A stretch of 64,000 nucleotides of DNA from Zootoca vivipara (Eukaryota): assembly GCF_963506605.1 (NCBI RefSeq), contig NC_083278.1:8556001-8620000 (forward strand), given 5' to 3'. Below the pieces are notes generated by a model. That model saw only the letters and a list, made by a program, of their open reading frames with translations, was not told the DNA's origin and made no database searches. Both the position numbers and the translations under genes were made by a program. This document shows, one piece after another, positions 48,401-61,300 of the stretch (the first letter of the stretch is position 1; the number at the start of each line of letters is the position of its first letter).

Positions 48401-51400
48401 CCCCAAACTCAGCTCTCCAGATGTTTTGGAACTACAATTCCCATCATCTCTGACCACTGGTCCTGTTAGCTAGGGATGGTGGGAGTTGTAGTCCCAAAAC
48501 ATCTGGAGGGCCGAGTTTGGGGGTGCCTGTTCTACAGCCTTACAATAACAGCAGGATTCAATCAAAATCCCTTTGTTTTTATTCTCTCTGTTGCTCCTTT
48601 TAGGAATGTTGTATGGCTATTCCTCTTTCCCAAATTATCTTCATTGAAGAACAAGCAGCCGGGATAGGAAAAAGGTAGTATACTGTGTGTTTGTAGCAAA
48701 ATCTGTTATGTTGGGGACAGTTGCTTGCCTGAGTTATTTTGAATATTCAGTATTTCACAAGCATCCAATCCATAATGCATCCTTATTTCCCTTTCTTAGA
48801 ACCTTATTCAAGGATGAGTGGGGTTCTTGGCAGTGGCGTCCTCCCTGTGGAATACAGGGCTGCCTTCAGATGTCTTTGGAAAGTCATATAATTGTTTTAT
48901 CTCCTTGACATCTGACGGGAGAGCATTCCACATGGCAGGCTCTTGGCCTGGTTCCCTGTAACTTCACTTCTCGCAATTAGGGAACCACCAGAAGGACCTT
49001 GGAGCTGAACCTCAGTGTCTGGTACCGAAAGATGCGGGTGGAGACGCTCCTGTTCTAATTTGTTCTACGATACATGTAACCCACCTTGGGTCTGCTTGTG
49101 AAGGATGGACATAAAAGTTGAATTGATCAGCCTGTTGCAGTAGCCTCTAGTAGTGCTGGCTACTTAGTCCAGGGAGCTTGACATGTTTGTCTTCCGTGAG
49201 CATTGCAGCTTTTCTATTAGTGGTAATCAAGGTAAAGGTAAAAGGACCCCTGACCGTTAAGTCCAGTCGCAGATGACTCTGGGGTTGCACGCTCATCTCG
49301 CTCTATAGGCCGAGGGAGCCGGCGTTTGTCCGCAGACAGCTTCCAGGTCATGTGGCCAGCATGACTAAGCCACTTCTGGCGAACCAGAGCAGCGCATGGA
49401 AACGCCATTTTCCTTCCTGCTGGAGCGGTACCTATTTATCTACTTGCACTTTGACATGCTTTTGAACTGCTAGGATGGCAGGAGCAGGGACCGAGCAATG
49501 GGAGCTCACCCCGTTGCGGGGATTCGAACCGCCGACCTTCTGATCGGCAAGCCCTAGGCTCTGTGGTTTAGACCACAGTGCCACCCACGTCCCAGTGGCC
49601 ATCAAAGCATCTTGTAAAAAATATCAGCATTTACCTTTGCACAGTGTGAAAAGCAGTGACAGTGCGCAACTGCTGCACTGCCCTCCGAGTTGTGATGGTA
49701 CTGCTTCTTGCTGGAACCAGGTAGGGCAGGGCAGAGGAAACACTCCCTTGGTGGCGATGATTCAAGTCTTGTACAGGGATCCAGAAATTAGCAGTGACTG
49801 TTCAAAACTAGTAGACTCCATGCCAAACTATGTTCAAATGCTGTTTAAAAATAGCGGAGGTCATATTCGCTACTAATGTACGTATATGTGAGTTTTGTAT
49901 GTGTATATATGAGTTTTGTACAATAAACTACACTGTTTGTTTCAATTAATTTGCACAAGGGTGTATGCTTAAATTGGGATTCCTGCATTGTACAGGGTTG
50001 GACTAGATGACCCTCAGGGTCCCTTCCAACTCTGCAGTTCTATAAGTTCCTTTTTGTCTGCCTTTAATCTCCTGTTTTATATATAGAGAGGGAGATTAAA
50101 TACTGTATTCTGAAAACTATTTGATGTTTAAAATTCTTAACAACCAAGTGAATTATTGAAAATTTATAAGAAATATGTTATATTACATTCAACTGGTTAT
50201 ATTGTTTGCCCATGATAAAAGACTACATAAAATCTACATTTGTTAATATTTAGGAACCGGCCTTGCTTTTTTATAACTACAGGGCACATATAGATTTTCT
50301 CTGTCTTCCTCTTCCCATCTCTTCAGTGCGAAAATAGTGGTTCATCTTCATCCAGTACCTTCCAACAAGGAGCCTGGCCCTTTCCAGAGTAGTAAATACT
50401 CGTATATCAAACTTTCTTTCAAAGAACATGGACAGATTGAGGTATATATGTATTTTTAGCCTGATGGGTGAGATGATATTGGGCTGGGTTTTTTAAAATT
50501 TCATTTGTGTAAAGATAAAGTCTGGGAACTTTCAGCATAGTTAAAATGAAAGTTTTGGAAGACTTAAATGGGTAAAAGAAAAAAATCGTTATATGGGTAT
50601 TACTGTTTATTACTATTGTGTCTTGCTTATAACATGCTGGTATGGACTGCTAAACTTTTGAGATCTGTAAAGATCAGTGATGCACTAAAATTCAGTCCGT
50701 TACATATTTGTAGCTTTGAGAAATTACTTTTATGAAATTGCTTTTTTAAAGAAAATATGAAATATATTTAAATTGATTTCTTTGCATCCTTGGAATTACC
50801 TTGCCTCCTTTCTTTTTCAAACCTCTGCACAGTTCTACAGAAGGCTATCGGAAGAAATGACTCAGCGGAGGTGGGAGAACATGCCTGCTTCTCAGACCAT
50901 TGATGTTACCAGAGGCTCACAGGTGTTTATGCAGGTTTTGATTATTGGACCTCTGCTTTCAAATAAGCATTTCAATACATATTCTTTTTTACTTTATGCA
51001 ACTGTTTTATTATATAACACTCTCTCCCACACCCCACAATCTTAATTAAAATTGGCTATTTTTGCATTTAAGGTAAAGGGACCCCTGACCATTAGGTCCA
51101 GTCGTGACCGACTCTGGGATTGCGCGCTCATCTCGCATTATTGGCCGAGGGAGCCGGCGTATAGCTTCCAGGTCATGTGGCCAGCCTAAATTTTTTGGGG
51201 GGAGGCGGGCCTTGTTACCCCCCCCCCCCGATGGCTCCCCAGGTTGTTTCTAAATACACCCCATGTCCCTGAACTCACAGATGTTATAAGGCAGGCACAG
51301 ACTTTACTTGTTTCCAAAAGGAGGGAACTCTAAGCACTTCCTTCATAACCCATTTTTTGATGCTTTTTTTTCCAGACAGGAAGAATAAGAGCTGCAGGAA

Positions 51401-54400
51401 TTGTAGGTATCGAGAGAAAATTAGAAGAAAGAAGAAAAGAGATGGATAAAAATATTTCCGAGGTGAGTAATATCGGAATTTCATGTGCAGATTTTTTTTT
51501 TAACTGTTTGAGTCGTTGGAAGCTGCTGATAGGGAAAGTCTGTAAATATCTTTGAATCACAGTCATTGTGTTTGGGAGCCAAATGTGTTATATATTTTAC
51601 AATACATAATTTTAAAATAGGACCAGTGCTTACGGGCTTTTGCAAAGGATGTATCCCCCTCTACAAATGCAGCTATTGCACTTTTTACGCAGCTGTTGCA
51701 CAAGATATAGGTGTCTTAACATGAAGTGAATGCTTCTTTTGTGGAAAAATTCTTTTCCTCCAGTGCTTGCATAGCGTAATTTGTTATTTGGGAAAGTTAA
51801 GTTAACGTTAGTTTAAGTTGTCTTTTGTTGCTTCAGTTTTCTGTCCACTGCTTAGAGATAGTTTTAATAAATTAAGCGGTATAGAAATTATATTATCAAG
51901 TAATAAAATATGCCATTCTTCCTCTGGCCAGTGCATCAGTTGCAATAGTGAGAGCTGTGTGCAACATGCCCATTTAAGCATCACATATAAGTGCCTGTGG
52001 TGTAACTGTGTCTTTCACACCACTTTTAAATGTTCTATATTTTAGAGCAGAGCTTTCCAAACTTTTCATGTTGGTTGACACACTTTTTAGACATTCATCA
52101 TTTCACAACACAGTAATTTAGTTTACTAATCCCTTTCTAGCCCCAGAAGGAATGCAGGGAGCGTTTGTGCAACACAGCTACACAGTGCAGCCGGCACACT
52201 AATGTGTCACAAACCACAGTGTGCAAAGCTCTGTTTTAGAAGCTGCACTGTCTTGCTGTGTTGCTCCTTGAGTTTTGCGCATTCCAGCCTCAGCATCACA
52301 GGGCTTATGTCCATTAATAATTTTTATAGAGAGTCAAACCCAGGCATCCCTAAACTGCGGCGCTCCAGATGTTTTGGCCTACAACTCCCATGATCCCTAG
52401 CTAACAGGACCAGTGGTCGGGGATGATGGGAATTGTAGTCCAAAACATCTGGAGGGCCGAAGTTTGGGGGTGCCTGGTCAAACCTATATAGCAGGCATAG
52501 GCAAACTCTGCCCTCCAGATGTTTTGAGGCTACAATTCCCATCATCATTGACCACTGGTCCTGTTAGCTAGGGATGATGGGAGTTGTAGTCACAAAACAT
52601 CTGGAGGGCCGAGTTTGCCTATGCCTGCTATATAGCAATCATTTCCTCCTCCATTGCTTTGGACAAAAGTATTGCCATGGTATCATTGAATCAGGCCTGG
52701 CTGACTCAAAATGTTGTATGCAGAGAAAAAAATGCAGGCTTTTCCAATTGTCCAAAGAGACCCAAAAGCATTTTCTAAGGGTTAAAACAGGCATCCCCAA
52801 ACTGCAGCCCTCCAGATGTTTTGGCCTACAACTCCCATGAACCCTAGCTAACAGGACCAATGGCCGGGGAAGATGGGAATTGTAGTCCAAAACATCTGGA
52901 GGGCCAAAGTTTGGGGATGCCTGGGTTAGAAAAACAAAGAGCCATTTAAGGCCATATGAATGTAGCCGATCTAATGGCAAGGGGTAGAAGGAAGGAGGAG
53001 GATTGGTAATTCTATAAACATGAGGGTTTCTTTTTCCTAATAATTTGCTTCCTGGTATTTGTAACAGCTTGTTTTTGTTTATCACTTCTGGCTATTGTGG
53101 TTTTTGTTTCTGGCGGTAGAATTTCCTTGTTTTCAGAACAAGACGATTATACCCACATCATTGTCACTCCTTATTGTTTACTGCAACAAATTGATCTCTA
53201 TTGTTTTTATAGGGATTTACTTACTCTCCTCTTTTTACAACAGGCACATAAAAATTTAGGGTGGAGCTGAACAATATAGCAGCCCCTTGTTTCCTGCTGG
53301 TCTTCCCCCACCTCATGTAGTAAAAGAAGGTGCATTATAAGGTGGTGTGTTGCTGTTCATTTTCCACCTCCTTTCCACTACACTTCATCCCATGAAGTAG
53401 ATTGGGAAAGGGTCATCTTACAGCACAATGATTATTTATTTATTTATTTCCAAGCGTTTCTATATTTACTAATATTTCAAAGGTCTCTAAGCAGACATGC
53501 GACATGTTCTCTTTAACTGTGTGGTATCAGGGAGGGCTGGTGGAGGAAGAGCCGTGAGGCTACTGTTTGCAGCAGAAGCAGCCAATTTCCTTGTGCCACC
53601 AGTAGAGAAATCTGCCTTACATGCAGAAGATTCTAGGTTCAATAACCTGCAGCTGCAGGTAGGGCTGGGAGACAGCCCTGTCTGAAATCCACAAGAGTTT
53701 GCCTGTCAGGGTAGACAATAGTGAGCTAGATGGGACCAGGGTTCTGACTTAGTATTAGGCAATTTTCTGTGCCCCTGTGTTGTTCTCTTCCACTCTGCTT
53801 ATCAGAGGATGAAAGAAATCAAATTGTGGATGTTGAAAACATAGGGAAATCTGCTTTGCAGTTACCAATCAGCTTATTTCAGAACTTGTGCCCTGCGGTA
53901 CAGAATGGGTTTCCTGCACCTGCTGGTTGCTGCTGATAACAATTCATTCCCTTAGTTCTTTGTTTTTCTGAGGAAATTCCTGTTAGGTGTGTGCACATTC
54001 TCCTTTGTACTTGGGCATGAATCAATTAGACAGGGAAAGGATTATTTACAGCAAGCCCTTTATTTATCTAGATCTGTTTTTCTCTCTTTGTTGGCTTGTT
54101 TTTCTGCGTGTTACTGACAACATGCATAAGATGATAAAGGTTTGGTCATTTCCATTAGGTTAGAATAGTGAATTTGGTAAATAATTGGGGAGGCAATGTT
54201 GCATGCAATAATGTCTTGTTAAATGCTTCCAGATTTTGATGAGATGTCAGGTTTATGTTTGCAGTTCATGGTTTCAAAGTGTTTGCAATACCAGTGTTGG
54301 CTTTAGCTGTTTTAATTCCCGCCCAATTAAGTTTTAGTGTTGTTTATCATGTTGCTTCATATTGTATTTTTTTATGGTCTGCAAAGTGCCCAGAGAACTC

Positions 54401-57400
54401 CAGTTATATGGGTATACAACTGTAATTATTTATTACATTTCTTACCTGCCTTCTCTTCAGGGAACTCATAGATACCATACATGGTAATTTCCTTTATTAA
54501 TTAGCCTTGCCTAAGAGAGAAAATGACTATAAATATTTAAATAAGAAAAGATAAGATATCTTTATTGTCATATAAGTACAAGCTTTTGAAATCTGAGTAT
54601 TAAAGGTCATTTACTGCCAACCCTTGGCTTAAAATTACCCTACCCTCTTATCTGGAAGATGAGGACCTCTTAACACACAGCATGCTATTTATACAGAAAC
54701 AGTCTGCTCAGGTTACAAAGCACAGGACTAGAATCTTCTTAATTACAGTTTTGAAGCACATGGTCTTAAAATGCTAGAAATCAGAATTATTTTCAGGGCT
54801 TTGATTTTGGAGGAAAGGCAGTGGATGAAGAAATATTGCAATGAGTCTGTCTTTCTATAAGTGAGGAAAACATTACCAAGTGTGTGTCTGATTATTGCAG
54901 GCTTTTGAAGACCTCAGCAAGCTAATGGAAAAGGTAATGTATCACTTTTTACCTCTCTGAATTTAAATTGGCTAGGCCCCATCTACAGAACCATTAGTAA
55001 GCAGATAGTTGAGCATGCCCTGCTGAATGTTGCAGATAACATGTGATGGTGTCTGAAGGACCTGCTTCTAAGTGGCTCAGACTCCACCCCATCCCATAGC
55101 AAATAATAATTGAGGTCATGATTGAATCTTCCTACACTAATGATTAGTGTTACATTTGTGAGAGAAGGAACGCTCAGACTGAGTCCAGAGGGTCCCTTTC
55201 TCTAGCTATCACCTTGTGCTAATAGTTGGGGGACTTCCAGACAGTCTATTTATTGAGCTTTCATCCTGATTTGTTTGCAGGGAGATTGGATGTTATGTCA
55301 AAGGAAGTGTTACTTCACATGTTCCAGTACATTTCCTTGTGGCAAAAAAAAAATCCAACTTTTTGGAGAAGTGGGTTTGTTGTGGAAGACTACCCAATCA
55401 AATCTAATTGTGCCGCCAGAATTGGTTAGGTTGTGACTGAATCCTACCTGAAGTGCCCTGAAGTCTGGAAGTGCCCTTGATTAAATCTGCAAGATGTCCT
55501 GCGTGGAAACCCCTCAAAGCTTGATTCTGCCCCAGAGGCTCATGGCGAAGTGTTCTGTCTTCAACAGCTGTGTCTTGTCTCTATGCTGTGTCTTGATAGG
55601 CTAAGGAAATGGTGGAATTGTCCAAATCGATTGCTAACAAGATCAAAGAAAAGCAAGGTGACATCACCGAAGATGAGGTCAGTTAATATTTTAATGCGCT
55701 AGGCACCAACGCACTCTGAGAAACACGGACTTAAGTTGCCATGATAATGTATATAATGCTCTCCAACTTTGAATTGGTAATACGGCATAACAAATGCTGG
55801 TGTTCTTTGAAACTTCACTGCAGTGCTTTGCCCCATCCATACACACAACCTCACCTATAGTTGAAAGTAAGCATGCACATGAACCTACAATCTTCTCTCG
55901 CTCGCTCACAATAATGCTGGCATTGGTGCTTAATTTATTGGCTGTTTCCCGAACATGGAATTGTGAGGGGAATAGTGTTTGAGGTATGTTTTTTCTTTAC
56001 ACTGCAATGTAGTTGAAGCAAAATTCCAAGTATGGTTGATATTTGGCCAATAAATTATTCTATTCTATTCTATTCTATTCTATTGTATTCTGATTTTATA
56101 AAAATCTATAGTAAGAATAGTCTCAGGAGAAATATTTCCTAGCTGCCTTGGGAATTGGCTGGCTGAGGGTCTTCCTTGCAAGTAGATTGATTTCCAGGAG
56201 AGCAGTCTTTTGTAGGTGAGGAAAAGGTGACTTGGCAATCCACAGCATCATCTTTCCTACTTGGGGAATGCTGTCGGCACCCACTTTCTCTACATGCTAG
56301 CCATTTCCTACTCCCAAGCCTTTCTTCGCTTGGCCTCCTAAAAATAGCACCTGTTCTTTGCTGGGCAAGGGGTATGACAGGTGCATTCATTTTCTTTGGG
56401 GAATTTTAAGAGTGAACCTGAGCGGAGATGGGGAATGTAGCACAGGTCATAATTTTGGCAGACCTATGACTCCTCAGTTATCTCCCTGTTTTAGTACATT
56501 AGGAACTTCCTAGTACTTCTAGAACTTCTGTCCTAGGGAATGAAACAACTCGCATACGAGGAAAGGTTACAACATTTGCATACGACTGCATAACATGATG
56601 CCTGATATAGAGAAAGGGGATAAAGATCAGTTCCCTGGTCCCCCTCATAACACTAGAACTTAGGAAAATCTGGTGAAGCTGAATGTTGCAAGATTGAGGA
56701 TGGGCAAACTGTGCCCACAGGCGGAAGCGATGGCCACCAACTTGGATGCCTTTAAAAGAGTATTAGATAAGTGTGGAGGATGAGGCTGTTGGCTATGTTT
56801 TGTGTCCTGCACATCCCAGATTCGCTCCAGAGGGTTGAGAGAAGCCCTAGAACAGATTTAGGGTGCATACGGGATGGGGGAGAGGGTGTTACACTTCCAT
56901 TGTGGTAGGAGAAATCCTTGCTCTGATGGAATGTTTGCCTTAACGCTATTTGGATTCGACCCTACAAGAACAGGATGCCGGGCTAGATGGGGCACTGGCC
57001 TGATCCAGCAGGCTCTTCCTATGTTTGTTCATCTATCTTGGATGCATTTGTTTGTTAAGAATATGGCATCTTAACCCATCTTGTTATTCCTCCCACCCTC
57101 TCCTATTTCCACAGACGATCAGGTTTAAATCATACCTGTTGAGCATGGGCATAGCTAATCCAGTCACCAGGGAAACCCATGGATCTGGAACACATTTCCA
57201 TATGCAACTGGCAAAGCAATTAGCTGGCATTTTACAGGCACCTTTAGAGGTAAGGCACTCAGGAATCTTAATTTATTTCATATTTACTATGCATATTTTA
57301 TATTCCTGTGCATACTTACTTTGGACTAAGTATGTATGCATAAGAGTCGGACACGACTAAACGAAGAGTCAGAAACTACTAAACAAATGTATGCATAGGA

Positions 57401-58279
57401 TTGTAGCCATAACACACTTGATCAAAATTATGACCAAAGGCCTTATTCTATCCAGTTCGTAGATTAATCAGGGGCACATTTTAAATCTTTGGGGAATTAA
57501 ATAATAGGACTGTGTTAGAAGGGCACACTAGTAGGCAACTCACGCACATCCAGTTTTAAAACGACACAAAACAAAGTTGGCATTTCTTTTAGTTAGCATT
57601 CCAAACTAGCAGATCTTGCATTTCGCAATGAAATTTCCACAACTTTTTTAGCAGTAAGACCCACAGGCAACAGCGGCTGACAATGCATAGAAGCAGGCAT
57701 AAATCAGTGCTGTGTGTGCAATTTCTCAGCCTCATCTAACATGATTGTGCGTGCACAGCCTTATTTTTTAAAAGCAAAAATCCACCGTATCAGCTGTTTT
57801 ATGAGGAGGAATGAGGGATGGAAACAGTTCCTTTTCCTCACCATATGGTGATCAACAGTTTAGGTTTTTAAAAGTAGGGGCTCAGCACATGTCGCCCTGA
57901 CATCTCTCTACATGCTCTGTTGAATCAGAATGATTGCTAATATGCTTCTTTGAAATGTGGACTTTCTTCAGTGGTGATACTCCTTTGTGAGGAGATTTAA
58001 ACAATAGGTGCCACAGTATAATTTTTTCCAGTCCATTTTGATTCTGATGCTTTTTTGTAATAGAGAATATACCATGTTTTGTTCACACACCAAGTAAGAA
58101 ACAGGAAATACTTTTTAAATGATTAAAGGATGCAAACAGGTTTAAACAAGGAGGTGAAAGACCGCATCTTTGAATAGGTGAAAATATTTCCCAAATGAAG
58201 GCAGCAAATAGAGTACAAACCCTGGCAAAATAAATGCAGATTGGCAATAAAAGAAGTATGGAATTTGTGGAGCAAAGGG

Positions 58280-58312
<33 letters not shown>

Positions 58313-61300
58313 TAAGGAATTAAAATTCTTCAGAGGTTGAAAACCAGTCATGTGGTAGAATTCTTAGTTGATAAAGAAGTAAAATGGATGTTGAAGGAGA
58401 ACTAGGAAATTGCTCAGAAGCTACATTATTTGCCTCTGTAACCACTGCCGAGTACACAGGAGATCCACACTGGCAGTGTTTGTACATCACCTTAAATTAT
58501 GGTAGGCTTAACTACGGTTGAAAAGGGAACATGCATTGTGCTGTTGCATAGAGTGAAAAATCACAGGAACTTCACTCCTCCCCTGCTTCTACCATGCTGC
58601 TGGGAACTAAGCCATGATTTGGTTTTGTGTTTCATCCAAACCCAGGGTCCTAGCTTAGCTTTCTCCAAACAAACCACATGTTCTAACCAAGATTCTTGGC
58701 TTAACATTGTCATTTGTTTGCGGAAGGCTAACCACAAATCTAGGTTTGGATGATGCCAAGCCATGCCGTGGCTTAGGGGCACAGCAGTAGCAAGAAGGAA
58801 AAAGGTGCGAAGCATCTGTGATTCCCCCCCCCTGCACATTGGCTTAATTGTTTGCAGGTAAGATGTGAAGCAGGCCCTTAAATCATTGGAGCTGTGTCAA
58901 ATAGAAAAAGAAGATGACCTTTTAGAAATTACTGACAAATTTCTAGGACTATGTTTACTGCAGCTTCTGTGCCATTTGCATTTCCAGATATGTCTTCTGC
59001 TTGGGCATGTTGATGTTGTCAACTAGCCAATCATATTTACTTAGACTTAGAGGCAGGAGGCTGGATGTTCTAAATTGGTTCTCTCTTACCAACCAATATT
59101 GTGTCCACAGGAGCGGGGAGGAATAATGTCACTCACAGAGGTTTATTGCTTGGTGAATCGTGCTCGAGGCCTGGAGGTGAGGAACAATTGCCTTGTTGCA
59201 TTCTGAGAAAACTGGCTTGATCAACTTAAGGCTTCTCCAAGTAGCCAAAACCGAAATAAAGTTTCTGTAGGGGATGGGGAAATAGTTCTTTCCTTTGGTG
59301 TCTAGCTGTTCCCATTTTCTTTAAAAGAACATTATAAAAATAATGTTAACAAGATAGGATAATTTTCCATAGTAAATTCCATCCAATAATGTGCTACAGA
59401 ACAATGAAGTGGGGATGTCTTGAAGGCATTAAGGCGGGGGCGGGCGTACCTTTGACCTTCCAGATGTTCTTGGACTCCAGCTCCCATCAACTCTGGCCAG
59501 GATGGCTAATGATCAGGGATTATGGGAGTTCCAGCAACATCTGGAGGTCGACTGGACCTTGCATCGAGTTTGCAAGATTCCATGGTAAAGCAATGGACAG
59601 TTTTTAGATTTTTTGAAGTAAAATGAAGGCTTGTAAAATACCTTAAGCACAGTTATGTTCTGAGGGCATGGAGATGGATGTCAATAAATTTTAAAAAATA
59701 TGTGGAGTGAGTGAGCAAAACAGATTGGGAAGAGAAGGTTTAAAAGTTTTGCTATTTAAATAGCTGAAGCCTGTTGCATGAGAGCCAGAAGTACTGTCAG
59801 CTTTATTTCTTGCAGAGTGACTAGCAAGCAAGTGCCAAAAGGAATACTTTCTGAATTGCACAGATGTCTTGCATTGCATTGCATTGCAGAGCAGCCAGAT
59901 AAGTCCACAGAGAGCGAGAGCAGTTGAGTGCATTTCAAATTATGAGACCTACAAGACTAGCACATAATACGCAACTTGGCTTGAAACATAAGCTAAATAG
60001 CATTCAGTGTGTTCTGCCATCGCTGCAGTAAAACTTTATTAGCAAAGTATGTGTGTGGGTTTCTTTGATTCGAGCTCAACAGACTGGTGACTGTTTAGGC
60101 CAATAGTGAGGAACATGCAGCCCTTCAGGTGCTGTTGGACTACAATTCCCATCATCCCCATCTGTTGGCCATGTTTACTAGGAGCAATGGGAGTTGTAGT
60201 TTAGCAGCATTTGGAGGGTCACGGGTTTCCCATGCTTGGTGTGTGCTATGAGGTCACTGGTATTTGTCATGTTACAGAATGCCAGCAAAACATTGAAACC
60301 AAATAAATGTGCGTTTCAAATTATTAGGGGCCTTTGTCCTATGAGACCGCTATACTCCCTAATGTGTAGTTTGACTCAGAGACAATTCCTATGACTGTAT
60401 TTTCAGGTCTAAATATCCACATGATTAACATGTACGAACCACTCCTCCATGTGTGGTTACCTTCATTATTTCTTAGGATTTACATATTGCGAATTGAAGG
60501 AGGGGTAGGGATTGTTAATACCTGTAAGCACTATTCATATTTGAATTGACACTGATGTATTTTACTGCTTCTGTATTCACACAACAATGCAAAAAGGGGA
60601 GCGGGTTCTAAGAGGCAACTGTGAGGGTAAGACATGCTTGCAATGTGATTAATGTAACTGAGTTCTCACCCCATTAGCTGCTCTCGCCTGAAGATCTAGT
60701 AAATGCGTGTAAGATGTTGGAAGCACTAAAATTACCTCTCAGGTGAGAATCCTTTAAAATTTAATTCTAACTCATCTTCCCCCCTCCCCTATCCCCCGGA
60801 AATGGTGCGATGGGGCTTGTTTCCCCATCCTCCTTCCAATATGCAGACTTTGGAACCAAGACGTAGCACAAAGCAACCAGGCACATGGCTGCAGTTATGC
60901 TATCTTCTGTCAAATGTCCACTTAAGGTTTGGTGTTTTCCTCATCCATACCAACTAATTTTTTGAAAAACCCAGCAGGTAAATGTGAGCTGTAGTTTTCA
61001 AGTAGTATGGGCGCATATCTACATTTCTGAAGGTCATGGAGTTAAGTNNNNNNNNNNNNNNNNNNNNNNNNNNNNNNNNNNNNNNNNNNNNNNNNNNNNN
61101 NNNNNNNNNNNNNNNNNNNNNNNNNNNNNNNNNNNNNNNNNNNNNNNNNNNNNNNNNNNNNNNNNNNNNNNNNNNNNNNNNNNNNNCTGGGTTTCCCCAA
61201 CCACTCTGAGCAGCTCCCAGCAAAATACTGGTACCTTGGTTTACATACATCTTGGTTTGCATACGTCTTGGATTACAGGCACATCAAACCCGGAAGTGCG

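Noticed and set aside
52341-52923. Regularly spaced palindromic repeats resembling a CRISPR array
   Set aside because: This is a eukaryotic intron, and the units are 136-bp MITEs each with its own 8-bp TSD.
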